Part shown: positions 1-12,208 of the stretch, piece after piece
How the letters are laid out: each line of letters opens with the position of its first letter
Numbering within the stretch: position 1 is the first letter of the stretch
From: Octopus bimaculoides
Lineage: Eukaryota
Assembly: GCF_001194135.2 (NCBI RefSeq)
Contig: NC_068998.1
Span: 1,893,923-1,957,922 of the forward strand
Direction: 5' to 3'
DNA: 64,000 nucleotides
Notes under the pieces: model-generated
Database searches by the model: none
Told to the model about the DNA's origin: nothing
What the model saw: the letters and a program-made list of their open reading frames with translations, nothing else
Position numbers and translations under genes: made by a program

Positions 1-570
1 GATGGTGGCACGGATGATGAGGCGGGAGGTGCGGGCAAGGGTGGGCTCGATGAAGGGGGAGGAATAGGGGGGAGCGTGGAATTTCAAGAGGAAGCCACGG
101 GGTATGACATGATGGCAGAGACAGCGGTTGAGATGGCTCGTGTGGCGGGTCTTTTTGAAAAGCAAGTGAGAGAGGCTTTTTGTGGGTTGCAAGCATTGTA
201 TTTATGCATATTTGACCTACACTTTTTGGCCCCCTGGTAATCCTTGTCTGGCCCCATCAATGTTGGTTATTTTGTAAATAAGTTCTACCTGGATACATGT
301 CTGTTTATGCTTAATAAATAACTTTTTACTGCATTGTCTGAGTATTTTTAGAAATAAAAGGAGCAAAATACTGATGAACCATTAAAGAACATTGAAACTG
401 ATTCATTTAATTCCCATCCCAGGCTCCCAGAAATACATACAGAAATAATTGCATGTATATTTATTTATTTCATAAGATGTCGTTCGAAAGTTTACCCCTT
501 TGAATATATTGATATCGTGTTTTGTTTGTAACGAAGTAACTCAACAGTTGTCTTTCCTTGTCTTGTCCAG

Positions 571-756
571 GTTCATCCGAGTCCCAAAGAAGATGAAACA
601 TTCTGTAATCAACCTCAGCATCAGCATCTTACTTCTGGTCATTGGCTTTACAATGGGTATCAACCGGGTGGACAACAGGAGGGCCTGTCAAATCGTTGGC
701 ATTTGCATTCACTATTGCTCTCTTTGCTGTATCTTCTGGGTGACCATCACCTCCAA
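571..756 (+). CDS. ADGRA3: ADGRA-like exon (TM2-TM3)
   Basis: Acceptor tcttgtccag|G at 570/571, donor AA|gtaag at 756/757; two hydrophobic helices and the conserved Cys at the start of TM3. Confidence 0.88.
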
Positions 757-3700
757 GTAAGAGACAACTTTTCTGGGGTTATTTTCTTTTATTTTCAGTT
801 TGACTGTTGCTTGTTTATCATTGTTCTCACATCAATGTCACCTCCACAATGCATCAACACCACCACATCACACTCACTCCCAATTCCAAGTTGTCAGGAT
901 GTCTTGGTAAATAAAGTGATTTGGTCACCGTGATAAACACAACTATTTTACAACAAATACACTGGGATTAATGTGTGTATAATCTTGGAAAATGGATGTA
1001 AAATACAAGAATATGTGTGTGTGTGTGTTTGCCTGTATCTATATGTACTTATGTCCAGGGTGTGTGGTTAATCCTCATCACTTTGTAAGGAGCCTTGGCT
1101 GCTTTCCCAGTTTCTCTCCCATATATATTATATATTCCTCACTGGACAGGATACTGGTCTGTTGTAGGATGACTACTTTTTACCAGCTGAGTGACCTAGA
1201 GCCACTAGAATGAAGATTTTTGCTCAAGCACACAATGCATCACCACCACAGGGATTGAAACCGCAATCTTACGATCACGAGTTCAACACCCTCACCATTA
1301 AGCCATACACCTCCACATCCGGGGTTTGTAATGGGACCCTTTAACCACAAGTAACTAAGACTGGAACCAATGCATTTTCTAAGGAAAACGTTTTAATATG
1401 TAACCAAGACACGTTCTGTTATTATGAGACACACTCTTCATTGATGTGTGTAGATGATGGTGATGATGGTGTGTCATTCAATTTTCTGTTTCTCTCCGCA
1501 GCAACATGCTCAAGAAATTTGCCAAGGCCGAGCGACCGCCCCCGCCTCCACCAGAACCCCTCATCATGCCATTGCCACCGAAACCGATGCTGCGATTCTA
1601 CCTTTTAGGATGGGGAGTTCCACTGATTATTTGTGGCATCACTGCTGCCGTTAACATGGACCATTATGCTGGGATGGATTAGTAAGTGTTGGCTCATCTT
1701 TAACTTTGGACTAGGAATCGCACACACTCACGCTCTCCCCNNNNNNNNNNNNNNNNNNNNNNNNNNNATCCATTCCTTCATACAATCAGTAACCATATAA
1801 TCATTGCTATTATGTTAAACTGTCCTATGTCCAAATTTGGCCAAATGCGTTTTTTTTTTTCTTTCAATATTTATGTTTGCTTGCAATAGCCGGTTCTTTT
1901 GGTCAAACTATCGTATTTCCAGCTGCTTCAGATACCAAGATATGAAAATTGTCAAAGTGTAGTACAACGGTTTTGCTATGGATTGGTGAAACTGTTTTTG
2001 TTTTCTGAAAAAGCGTTTTGGACTTACAACACTTTTGCATAATAGCAACGATATATATATGTGTGTGTGTGTGTTACCTTTCAATGACCCTGAAATCCTT
2101 GGTGCCATCATAATATACAGCATGCTTTGGGCATTTTTAGACTTGGCATAGACCATCTCTCTCTCTCTCTAAGTCTGCCAATTTGGCACAGTAAACAAGA
2201 GAAGAACCAATTCCAGTATTTCTGATTTATTCATCCTGAAAAAATGCAAAGTAAATTTGACCTCAAAAAGATTTCTAAAATAATGAAATGATTTCGTTTT
2301 TGTTGCAGTTGTTATCTTTCCTGGGATCCTGGTCTTGGAGCATTCTATGGGCCAGTGGCGTTGCTGGTTGGAATCAACCTTGTCTACTTTCTGCGAATCT
2401 CTTGTGTTATTCGAGGATCGTCGACCAATCCGAGCTACTCTGAAGAGACGGAGGAGTTGCACGTCAATGAAATTGAGCTCTCTCCTAACCAGGAGCATCT
2501 TCACCCACATCATCATCATCATCATCATCACCACCACCACAACAACAATACAAACCAACCTCACCAAGCTCCGCCCAGTATACCATTGCATGTCAACAAC
2601 CACCATCGTGGCGGTAGTAGTGTTAGTGGTAGCAGAAATCAGCCAGACAATCGCTCCATCCATTCAGATGACAGTAACATTTCCAGCATCTCTAGTATAT
2701 TAGATGAGGAACGACGCCCCATCACCCAGCTCAGAGCTTTAGTAACCTTCCTCTTTTTATTTATCGTTGCATGGGTGTGTGCTGCTTTTGCTGTGGCCCA
2801 GCCATTTCGTGCCATTGTCCCAAAACAAGAAATAATCTTCAGTTATCTCTATGGATTATCCAGTATTATTCTAGGTGGATTTTTGGTCGGTTTCTTTTGT
2901 CTTTTACGAGATGATTCCCGAGACTGTTGGAGGCGATTTTTCTGCTGCGAGAAAGACGAAGTGGAAATCGCTCGCATCACGCCACCGAATGTCAATCACA
3001 TGACTCACATCAATGGGCATGTGCGCTCGGGGAGCAGCGTCGATGGAGAGTCACTGACTGGCAAAATGTACAACAATGAGCGCAGTAACAAAGTAAAAGT
3101 TGTCGACCGCCCAATCAAACAGATTAATCTTGTCCCAATCCAACCTGCCACATTCACCGATGGGTCGGTTAGCAGTGCACATGAGGCACCTTACCCCAAT
3201 TTTTACAACCCTCGGCAGAATGGTGTTGCTAAGAAATTCTGGGAGAAGAACCGACACAATCATCTCAAGTTAATAAACAAAGAAATCAACAAAGACATCA
3301 GTGACTTCAATTCTGTTAATTTTGATGACTCGACCAAACGCTACAGTCACTGCACTAGTTCTGATGCCAATACTCACTGGAGTATTGAAATTCAGATCCA
3401 AGCCAATGCAGACGATGTGAAGAATGGTGGTGTCGGCCTCCAAAAACAGCCAGTCCCTGGCAAAATCCCAAATCAGTTACCTCTCAACATCCATGAACCA
3501 TTATTCCCCTCTTTGCCATTAGATAGAAACCAAATACCTCCAGTGGGAGGCCCCACGTCCCCAGAAACAATAACAGCAAGCCCATCTTGTAGCTTTATAT
3601 CCCCATCTGGCTCTCAAACGCTACCTCACTGTCATTCTCCTGGGGCATCGTCCCTCACTTCCTATCAACATTCAAGTGCATTCACTCCTGTTCAACCGAA

Positions 3701-4461
3701 GCGCTGCAACACATTACCAAAAATTGGCAAGGCAGTCGAGGCTGCCGATCAGCCGAATGAGTATATGGTGAGGGATGGTTCCGTTCCGAGGTTACGGGAT
3801 TTTGATGGCCAGAGTGAGGTGAGTGCAGACAGAAGTGCTAATGTGGAATGCCCTGAAAACCACGTCCTACAAGGATACTTGCCACCCGAATCTGTTCATA
3901 ATTCTGCCTTTCAAAATAGCAACAAGGACCCAGTCAAGCCAGTGGCTCATGGCCTTCTCCCATCGACACTGACCAATCCTCCAGATTTGGTGAAAGAGAA
4001 TCATCTAACATCAAAAAACAATGAGTGTTCATTGCCATTAGATAAAAATAACCAAAATGCGCCTTTTGGACCACCACGACAGAATTTCTATCTGCCTCCA
4101 CCCCACCTAGAAAATAATGCTGCAACGTCTGCAGACTTTGTGTGCAGCAGCAGCAGTAGCAGCAGCAGCAACAAAACTGGTGAGGATGGCTATTTGAGTA
4201 GTGGAAGTGGTGGCCTTGTCAACCAGCTACCACAGCAACAGCAACAGCAGCATCATCATCATCATCATCATCATCACCACCATCATCACAATCAACAAGG
4301 CCAGCCATCAAAAACTGACCCCACACAACTGCCACCATTCACCAACCCCCAGCAACGTACCCACCCCCCCAATTATGAAAGCAATCATATCGGCTGCAAA
4401 TGTGATTCCGATGAGAACAACTGCAGCAGCAGCAACAACAACAACAACAAACAGTTGAATG
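571..4461 (+). CDS. ADGRA3: ADGRA-family adhesion GPCR (GPR125/GPR124/GPR123-like), 3' part; join(571..756,1502..1681,2309..>4461)
   Basis: Spliced translation gives [48 protein letters not shown] / [27 protein letters not shown] / [31 protein letters not shown]. This matches the ADGRA 7TM signatures [27 protein letters not shown] and CWMAWEPSLGAFYGP (recalled). All junctions are GT-AG and phase 2. Paralog assignment within ADGRA1/2/3 is not resolvable. Confidence 0.9.
1135..1315 (-). mobile_element. tRNA-derived SINE in ADGRA intron
   Basis: Reverse complement starts with an A-box-like TGGCTTAATGG and B-box-like GGTTTCAATCCC, then TGTGTGCTTGAGCAAAA; similar to the copy at 15630. Confidence 0.65.
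1502..1681 (+). CDS. ADGRA3: ADGRA-like exon (Pro-rich ICL2, TM4)
   Basis: Acceptor tctctccgcag|C, donor TA|gtaagt; encodes [59 protein letters not shown]. Confidence 0.92.
2309..4461 (+). CDS. ADGRA3: ADGRA-like large exon, probably terminal (TM5-TM7 plus long intracellular tail), runs into the N-gap
   Basis: Acceptor tttttgttgcag|T; open frame for ~717 codons up to the gap at 4462; TM5 [14 protein letters not shown]6 [17 protein letters not shown]7 [24 protein letters not shown]. Confidence 0.9.
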
Positions 4462-5340
4462 NNNNNNNNNNNNNNNNNNNNNNNNNNNNNNNNNNNNNNN
4501 NNNNNNNNNNNNNNNNNNNNNNNNNNNNNNNNNNNNNNNNNNNNNNNNNNNNNNNNNNNNNNNNNNNNNNNNNNNNNNNNNNNNNNNNNNNNNNNNNNNN
4601 NNNNNNNNNNNNNNNNNNNNNNNNNNNNNNNNNNNNNNNNNNNNNNNNNNNNNNNNNNNNNNNNNNNNNNNNNNNNNNNNNNNNNNNNNNNNNNNNNNNN
4701 NNNNNNNNNNNNNNNNNNNNNNNNNNNNNNNNNNNNNNNNNNNNNNNNNNNNNNNNNNNNNNNNNNNNNNNNNNNNNNNNNNNNNNNNNNNNNNNNNNNN
4801 NNNNNNNNNNNNNNNNNNNNNNNNNNNNNNNNNNNNNNNNNNNNNNNNNNNNNNNNNNNNNNNNNNNNNNNNNNNNNNNNNNNNNNNNNNNNNNNNNNNN
4901 NNNNNNNNNNNNNNNNNNNNNNNNNNNNNNNNNNNNNNNNNNNNNNNNNNNNNNNNNNNNNNNNNNNNNNNNNNNNNNNNNNNNNNNNNNNNNNNNNNNN
5001 NNNNNNNNNNNNNNNNNNNNNNNNNNNNNNNNNNNNNNNNNNNNNNNNNNNNNNNNNNNNNNNNNNNNNNNNNNNNNNNNNNNNNNNNNNNNNNNNNNNN
5101 NNNNNNNNNNNNNNNNNNNNNNNNNNNNNNNNNNNNNNNNNNNNNNNNNNNNNNNNNNNNNNNNNNNNNNNNNNNNNNNNNNNNNNNNNNNNNNNNNNNN
5201 NNNNNNNNNNNNNNNNNNNNNNNNNNNNNNNNNNNNNNNNNNNNNNNNNNNNNNNNNNNNNNNNNNNNNNNNNNNNNNNNNNNNNNNNNNNNNNNNNNNN
5301 NNNNNNNNNNNNNNNNNNNNNNNNNNNNNNNNNNNNNNNN
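4462..5340. other. Assembly gap hiding the ADGRA C-terminus and stop codon
   Basis: 879 N; the frame is open on entry. Confidence 0.9.
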
Positions 5341-6039
5341 ATATAAAACATATATCTAAAAATATATATATATAAACAAAAATTGAATAAAATACATTGT
5401 AAAAAAAAATGTATTTTGGCCCAAAACCACTGAAATAAAATAAAATAAACAATTAAGAAAAAGAAAATAGACTGAAGTTGAGTGACCCCCTAAACCTGCT
5501 CCCTCAAAAAGAAAAAAAAAAATGAAAACCCTAAAGAGTCATGGCTATTATTTTTTTGATTGTTTGTGAAACATTTCATCACTTTTGAACTTTTATCACT
5601 TCCAGTTACAAGAAGGGAAAGGTCAAGGGGGTCAGAGCAACAAAAGGGGTCAGTTTTGTTGGTTATTTTTACCCTTTTTTTTTTTTTTACTTCCAGACGT
5701 GAAATTATACATACATACATATATATATATAATATGCATATCATTATATATATATATACTATACTATAATATATATGATATGGTATCACATTTTTTTTTC
5801 TACATCAAGGTGTTCTTGTAATAAACATGAAAAAAAAATTTATCCAAATCATTTTCAAATCCATAATCAAGTGTGTGTGTGTGTGTGNNNNNNNNNNNNN
5901 NNNNNNNNNNNNNNNNNNNNNNNNNNNNNNNNNNNNNNNNNNNNNNNNNNNNNNNNNNNNNNNNNNNNNNNNNNNNNNNNNNNNNNNGAGAGAGACAAAA
6001 ACCTGGCAAATTTATATCTTCTTTTCCAGTGAAATTACT

Positions 6040-6612
6040 TAAAAGAACTGAAGCTAGTATGCTTTGCTGGATGTGCAATGTCAGTGTGCATGTTTGACAG
6101 AGTGTAAGCATCTTGAGAGAAAAGTTAGGCATCAGATGTAGTTTGCAAGAGAGACAACTGTGCTGGTACGGTCATGTGATGCGTATGGACAAGGACAGCT
6201 GTGTTAAGAAGTGCCTATCTTTAACTGTGGAGGGAAGAGATAGACCCAGGAAGACATGAGAGGAGGATGGTGAAACATGATCTTTGAAAGTTGGGTCTCA
6301 CAGAGGCGATGACACGTGATCAAGAACTTTGGGCGATTTGCTGTGCTTAAGAAGGTTCATCAAGTGAAATCGTAGTTGTGGCCAGTGTCAGTGACACAAA
6401 AGCACCCATGTTGGTGACATGCAAATGGCACCCATGCTAGTGACGCATTAAAGGTACCTCCTACACTCTTGGAGTGGTTGGCATTAAGAAGGGCATTCCA
6501 GTCACACAAACGAAGCTAAAATCAGACTGGAGCCTGGTACAGCTCTCCGGATTGTCAGTTCCAGTCTAATCCATGCCAGCATGGAAAGCAGGCATTAAAT
6601 GATAACGAAGAT
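6040..6612 (+). mobile_element. 5'-truncated RTE-clade LINE (ORF C-terminus plus 3' tail)
   Basis: Degenerate frame EASMLCWMCNVSVH..LREKLG..QERQLCWYGHVMRMDKDSCVKKC..VEG..RPRKT (the RTE WxGHVxR motif), then a tail ending gcattaaatgataacga. Confidence 0.8.
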
Positions 6613-8090
6613 GGTAAATATGTGTTTTGTTTAACTAATATCTGCAGAATTTGAACTCAGAACCATTCACAATAAAGTATCTCTACAGATAACTTCAAAA
6701 GCAAAAACAATGGGGGTCTCTTGACCTGTTAGGAAAAGCAGCTAAATCTCCAATGATATCAATACTGCAAGATATTTAATTCATCCTAATTATTAATAAT
6801 TTGAGCAGTATTTATTCTAAGACTTTATGAGATCAAAAGGGGTTAATAAAATAAAATCTCTGTCAAATGTTGGAATGGATGGGATCCCTTAAGCCCCTCC
6901 ACTCAAAATTGCTGGCCTTGTATCTAAAGCAGAACCCATTATTTCACTCAAAGACAGTGGATTGTCAGAAGTAGTAGAGAATCAGAAAAGGTTGTATTTA
7001 GTTTCAGAGTTCAAATCCAGTCAGAGTTGATTAAATTTTTTATCCATCCAAGGTTAATAAAATACAGTTCCAGGAGGCATTAAAGGATAAGATATAATTG
7101 ATTTGAGGTGATAACGAGTCAATTCACCAAGCAGAATTTGAACTCGGGACATAAAGACAAGAAATGCTGTGAAGCATTCCGTCCAGCTTTCTAACGATTC
7201 TGCCAGCTCGTTACCTTAACATCACTGAAATAATAATAATAATTTCTGATTTAGTCCCAAGGCCAATTATTTTGAGGGGAGGTGGTCACCAACACCTTTT
7301 ATTCCAGTATTGTCCTTTATTTTATGGACCCTGGAAGAACGACAAAAGTGACATAGGTAGGATTTGAACTCAGAATGAAAAGCATCAGAACAAATGCTGC
7401 TCTAAAGATTCAGCCAGTTTCCTTCCTTTGAATAATGGTTTCTGATTGAGGCCAAAGGTCAGCAGTTTTGAAGGGAATGGGGTTTAAGTTGACATCATTA
7501 ACCCCAGCGTTTGACTGGGTCTTTATTGTATGGAACCCCAAAAGGATGACCTTGGCAGGATTTGAACTCAGGACATAGAGCCAGGAGGAGGGGAGACATA
7601 TGCCACAATTCTGTTCATACCTTTTGAAATGATAATAATGCTGAGAGGAGAGTCATGGGTGTAATGGCTTTTATAAAACAAAAAAAAAACACATCGGATT
7701 CCCCACCCTACCCAACACACTGAAATGTTAAATGAGTCAGCATCGATAAGGTGGGAGGGGGAGGGGACGAAGAGGTGTCTTGAGTTGTCAGGTTAAAAAC
7801 CCTTCCATTTGAAGACAGGTAAATAAGCTGACTGTAATAGCTGTCATTGTAGGTGTTTGTCAGAGTGGCATTTGAATGGTGTATGGTGGGGGGAAGATGG
7901 AGGTGGGAGGTACACGAGTACCAGGAGTGAAATTTGGGGAAGGTGGGCAGGAGGGGGGAGAAGCAAGCTGGTATTTGAAGCTAATTTCCACCCCATTATT
8001 GGAATGTGGCTCCTAAATAAGACAAACAAGTTAATCTTCCCAAGTGAGGATGGCAAGGGTTTATAACCCCGTATTTAGACAACTGTGGAA

Positions 8091-8400
8091 GGTGCATGGC
8101 TTAGTGGTTAAGGAATTTAGCTGACAATCACAAAGTCATGAGTTCGATTCCCTCCCTGCAATGCATTGTGTCCTTGAGCAAGACATTTCACCTCACCTTG
8201 TTCCAGTCCACTCAGTTGGCAAAAATGAGTTGTACCTGTAATTCAAAAGGGGCCAACCTTGTCACATTCTGTGTTTTGCTGAATCTCCCTGAGAATTATG
8301 GATGCACGGGTCTGTGGAGTGCTCGGCCACTCACACATTAATTTCACAAACAGGCTGTTCCATTGATCAGATCGATTGGAATCCTCCTCATCATCATCAT
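8091..8400 (+). mobile_element. tRNA-derived SINE
   Basis: GCATGGCTTAGTGG (A box), GAGTTCGATTCCC (B box), central TGTGTCCTTGAGCAAGACA..CCAGTCCACTCAG, and a (CAT)n end. Confidence 0.7.
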
Positions 8401-8624
8401 AACCAATGCAGTGCCAGTTTTATACACAATAAAACTTGTTAATTGCTCCAGGTTTGATAGTTGAGATTTATATCCTAGGTAGACACAGAAATGTAAAATT
8501 TTGATGGTTAGAGAGAGAGAAAGAGATGATTAAAACAGGGAAAAGTCATCACTCAGGGATTTGAACTTCGTAAGCTACTGTAAGCTGTGCCAACCACAAC
8601 ACCAAAGTGATGTCACAACCCTTC

Positions 8625-9275
8625 ATCATCATTGTTTAATGTCCTTCCATGCTGGCATAGGTTGGAGGGTTTGACAGGAGCTGGCCAAATGCTTGTGTGT
8701 GTGTGTGTTTAGCATGGTTTTTACAGCTGGATGCCCTTCCAAACACCAACCATCCCACAGAGTGGGCTGAGTGCTTTTTATGTGGCACTTGCACAGGTGA
8801 GGTCAGTTTTGGCATGGTTTTTTTTCAGCTGGATGCCCTTCCAAATGCCAACTACTTCACAGTGTGGACTGGGTGCTTTATAAGAGGCACCTACACTGAC
8901 AGGATCACCAAGTAACTTGCAAGACAAGGAATCTTTGAGAGGGGAGGGGGCACTGGAGGAGGAGGGATCTTGTGTCAGACGATGAAAGGTTAGTGTGACC
9001 GAGAGACAGAAACAGGTGTTTTGCTGCAGAGGTGGGGGGGGGCATGGTTATCCAGCCAGAGAGAGAAGAGAGGGTGAGAAAGAGAGCAAGAGTTAACAAG
9101 AGGGCAGAAACAGGGAGATAACCATAGTGTATGAAGAGGAAATGTGAGGAAGGGAAGAGTTTGGGAAAGGGAGCTGTAGTTTGGCTTGTTGGGGGTAGGG
9201 GGTGTATGAAGATGTTATTGTTACGTATGGGTGGAACACAATGCTTCTAGAACTCAAATTTGCTAATGTGGGCAG
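8625..9275 (-). mobile_element. RTE-LINE 3' UTR fragment, same subfamily as 47900-49420
   Basis: Colinear with 47900-48330 and 48730-49030, including the internal duplication ttttggca..tttacagctggatgcccttcc..aacc. Confidence 0.7.
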
Positions 9276-9844
9276 GTCTGTGGAATAAAAGTTCTCTTAC
9301 TTGAAAAATAGATGAGGGTCAGTGACAGGGAGAGCATCCTGTTGTACAGCAATGTCCCTGCAATATATACATGTAACCCATGCTAACATAGAAAAACAGA
9401 CATAAAAATGAATGTGTGTATATTGATTGTTCAATGTTGCAGAATCTATTAAAGAACTGCAGAAAATGTTTAAAAAAAAACAATAAAATTTAACCTGGTA
9501 AACAACAAAATACCAATTAATTTTAGAGAATACACCAGTGATTATCAATCAATATATATATGCATACACACACATATATCTATACACATGCACATATATA
9601 TTTATTGATGTGTACAGTATTATATATCCATTACGGCCAACCTTACCAATCAGTTTCACACTAGGGATGAAACAGGATGTTAAGTAACAGCCCAATTATG
9701 TAGCTCTGTACTCTTCTGAGATGGCAGTTATGGAAGAAAATGTGGTAACTGCTCTCTATTGTTGAAGGTGAAAAGACATCTGGTTTGTGGTTGCTGTGAA
9801 AAAAGACAACAAAACGAACTGAGCAAAAAGGGCCCCTGGGTGGT

Positions 9845-10266
9845 GCTGCAAGGCTACAAAAGTTTTCTGGATATATGTGTATGGTCTAATGGCTGGCATT
9901 CTTGAAGGGTTAGAATGTGTGCTGGAGGTACTACGTGAGTAGTGTTTTCAGGGGGAGTTGTGGGCTGGGCATTCCTGCTGTTATTGAAGTAAACTTTGCG
10001 TTTCTCTAATATCTTCTACTTTATGTTGTATTCCATGGCACTTTCTTTCAATGACCATACGTGCTTGGCCAGGGGTGGCATTTCATCTCTTCAGGATGTT
10101 GAAGGAAAGATGAAACACAAAGGTGTTGATGCAAACTTTGGCCATCCACCCCGTCCCCTTCCAGAAAATGCTGTATATCTAGTACCATGGCACACATTCT
10201 AACCTTACAAGAATACCAACCCCTAAACTGTACAAACATTTCCAGATAACTCTTGTAGCCGTGCAA
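9845..10266 (-). mobile_element. Penelope-like element relic (GIY-YIG endonuclease C-terminal part) with ~88-bp inverted arms
   Basis: Minus strand, frameshifted: SFNILKR*NATP/LAKHVWSLKESAMEYNIK*KILEKRKVYFNN, resembling the PLE motif T.LSKHIW.LK....Y.I.W.IL (recalled). Arms 9845-9933 and 10179-10266 are diverged reverse complements. Confidence 0.55.
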
Positions 10267-11184
10267 CTTTGTTCTGTATATATGTTAGTGATTTCCAAAC
10301 TGATATTGTGTGATCGGATTATCACAAAACAGGAAGTGAAGACAATGAAAAAAAATGGCCAAGCAGGAAGTCATGTGACCATATGGTATTAGTATGGTGA
10401 GTATGAGAAGTCAAATAATAAACACAAACCTAAATATATTGCAGTCATTTGGTATTTTAACAACAAATGTGCCACCAGAAAATTCATCACCATCAAAGAA
10501 TGTTGGTTTTTAACATTGAGTTTTTCAAGGTTGATGTGGATCAAATGGTTCTGACACCACAACAGCAGTACATGGCCCCTCATCCTTAGTCTTTTTTGGA
10601 GCTTGACATTCCTTGCTATGATCATGTCGTCATGTTGTCTTCTTCCTCTGCCATACAGCTCTCTCTTTCTTAGAATCCCATCAAAGTTTAGTTCTTCTTC
10701 AGAGACAGAAAATAGTTCAGATTTGACCAGTTGATTAAGTTGGACCAACATTGGAATACAATGCTCACATATGTGGAATGATGCTGCTGCTGCTACATAT
10801 AAAACACACACACACACACCCTAGATCCTACCCCTAAAATAATGTCATTTAAGTGACAAGCTGAGAGAGTCACTCCTCAAACACAACCCCACCACAGACA
10901 TAAAATTTCTTCTCTCTACACACACTACAATGGCTTCTTCTTCTCTGAAATCACAAATTTCATAGACTATCCACTCAGGCTTGTTGTATTTCTTCCTTTC
11001 TGTATCCCACCATCTCACACTTCCCACCTGTGGCTTTACCTGCCCACTACACCTGCCTCTCTCTCCTCACCACACACTCTGGCAATTTACCCATTCACAC
11101 ATCTTCCCCCCTTCTATCTATTATATTATCATTACTATGCTGCTGCTCACCCTCATTGTATGTATGTGTCTTTCTACTGCCACC

Positions 11185-11370
11185 ACAACTTGGCAACCAG
11201 CGTTGGTGTGTTCATATCCCCGTAGCTTAGCGGTTCAGCAAAAAAGACCAATAGATTAAGTACTAGGCTTATATAGAATAAGTCCTGGGATCGATTCATT
11301 TGACTAAAATTATCCAGGGTGGTGCTCCAGCATGGCCACAGTCTAATGACTGAAACAGATGAAAGAAAAG
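11185..11370 (+). mobile_element. SINE 3' part (CORE-SINE-like family abundant in this window)
   Basis: cttggcaaccagcgttggtgtg..aagtactaggctt..ccagcatggccacagtctaatgactgaaaca; recurs at 28600, 40140 and 62490. Confidence 0.65.
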
Positions 11371-11922
11371 TAGAAATATAGAGACAGACATCCAGACATG
11401 CAGAAATGCAGAAATAAAAACAGAAAAACAGAGAAAAACAGAAAAACAAAAACAGAAACAGAGAAAAACAGAGACCAGTTGATGTTCAAATTAATAACTT
11501 ACACAACAAAATGTATTCAAGTTGAATTTTGTTAAACAGAGATAAAAAAAATTCAGTTTATTATTATTATTTACACAAGTTATTTATCAAGTAGTAACAT
11601 TATATATACATATATATAATGTGCACACATGTATATTTTATATGTATACAGATATGTGTATATGTGCACACAAACATTATATATATATAAAACCACACCT
11701 ACCATTCAACATTCTCATGTCATTTGTATTTTTACATCATATTGTAAATAGTATGCAAAAAGGAGACATCTAAGGATATTTATTAGTTTATATAACAATA
11801 TACACACATATTTACACATACACACCAGCCAGGATTGAACAAATATACAGAAAAGTGTGCACATATGTAGATAAGCATTATTTTCTAAACAAAATTTTGT
11901 GTCACATGTATATGTACGTATA

Positions 11923-11962
<40 letters not shown>

Positions 11963-12169
11963 CAGTAGAGGTAGAATCAACAGAAAAGTACTCCATCCAA
12001 TGGGAGATAATTACCAATTTAACTCACAACCAAAAGAGTTACAAATAGTTTCATGCTTTTAGGATACTTGAACAGGCATATTTTATAAATATACCTGCTC
12101 AAGTATCATAAAAGCATAAAACTATTTGTAACTCTTGGTTGTGTGTTAAACTGATTGATATTGATATAG

Positions 12170-12208
<39 letters not shown>

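Noticed and set aside
2355-5375. 1006-aa ORF in the track
   Set aside because: About 293 codons are Ns. The real exon begins at the acceptor at 2309, and the residues after the gap are not supported as coding.
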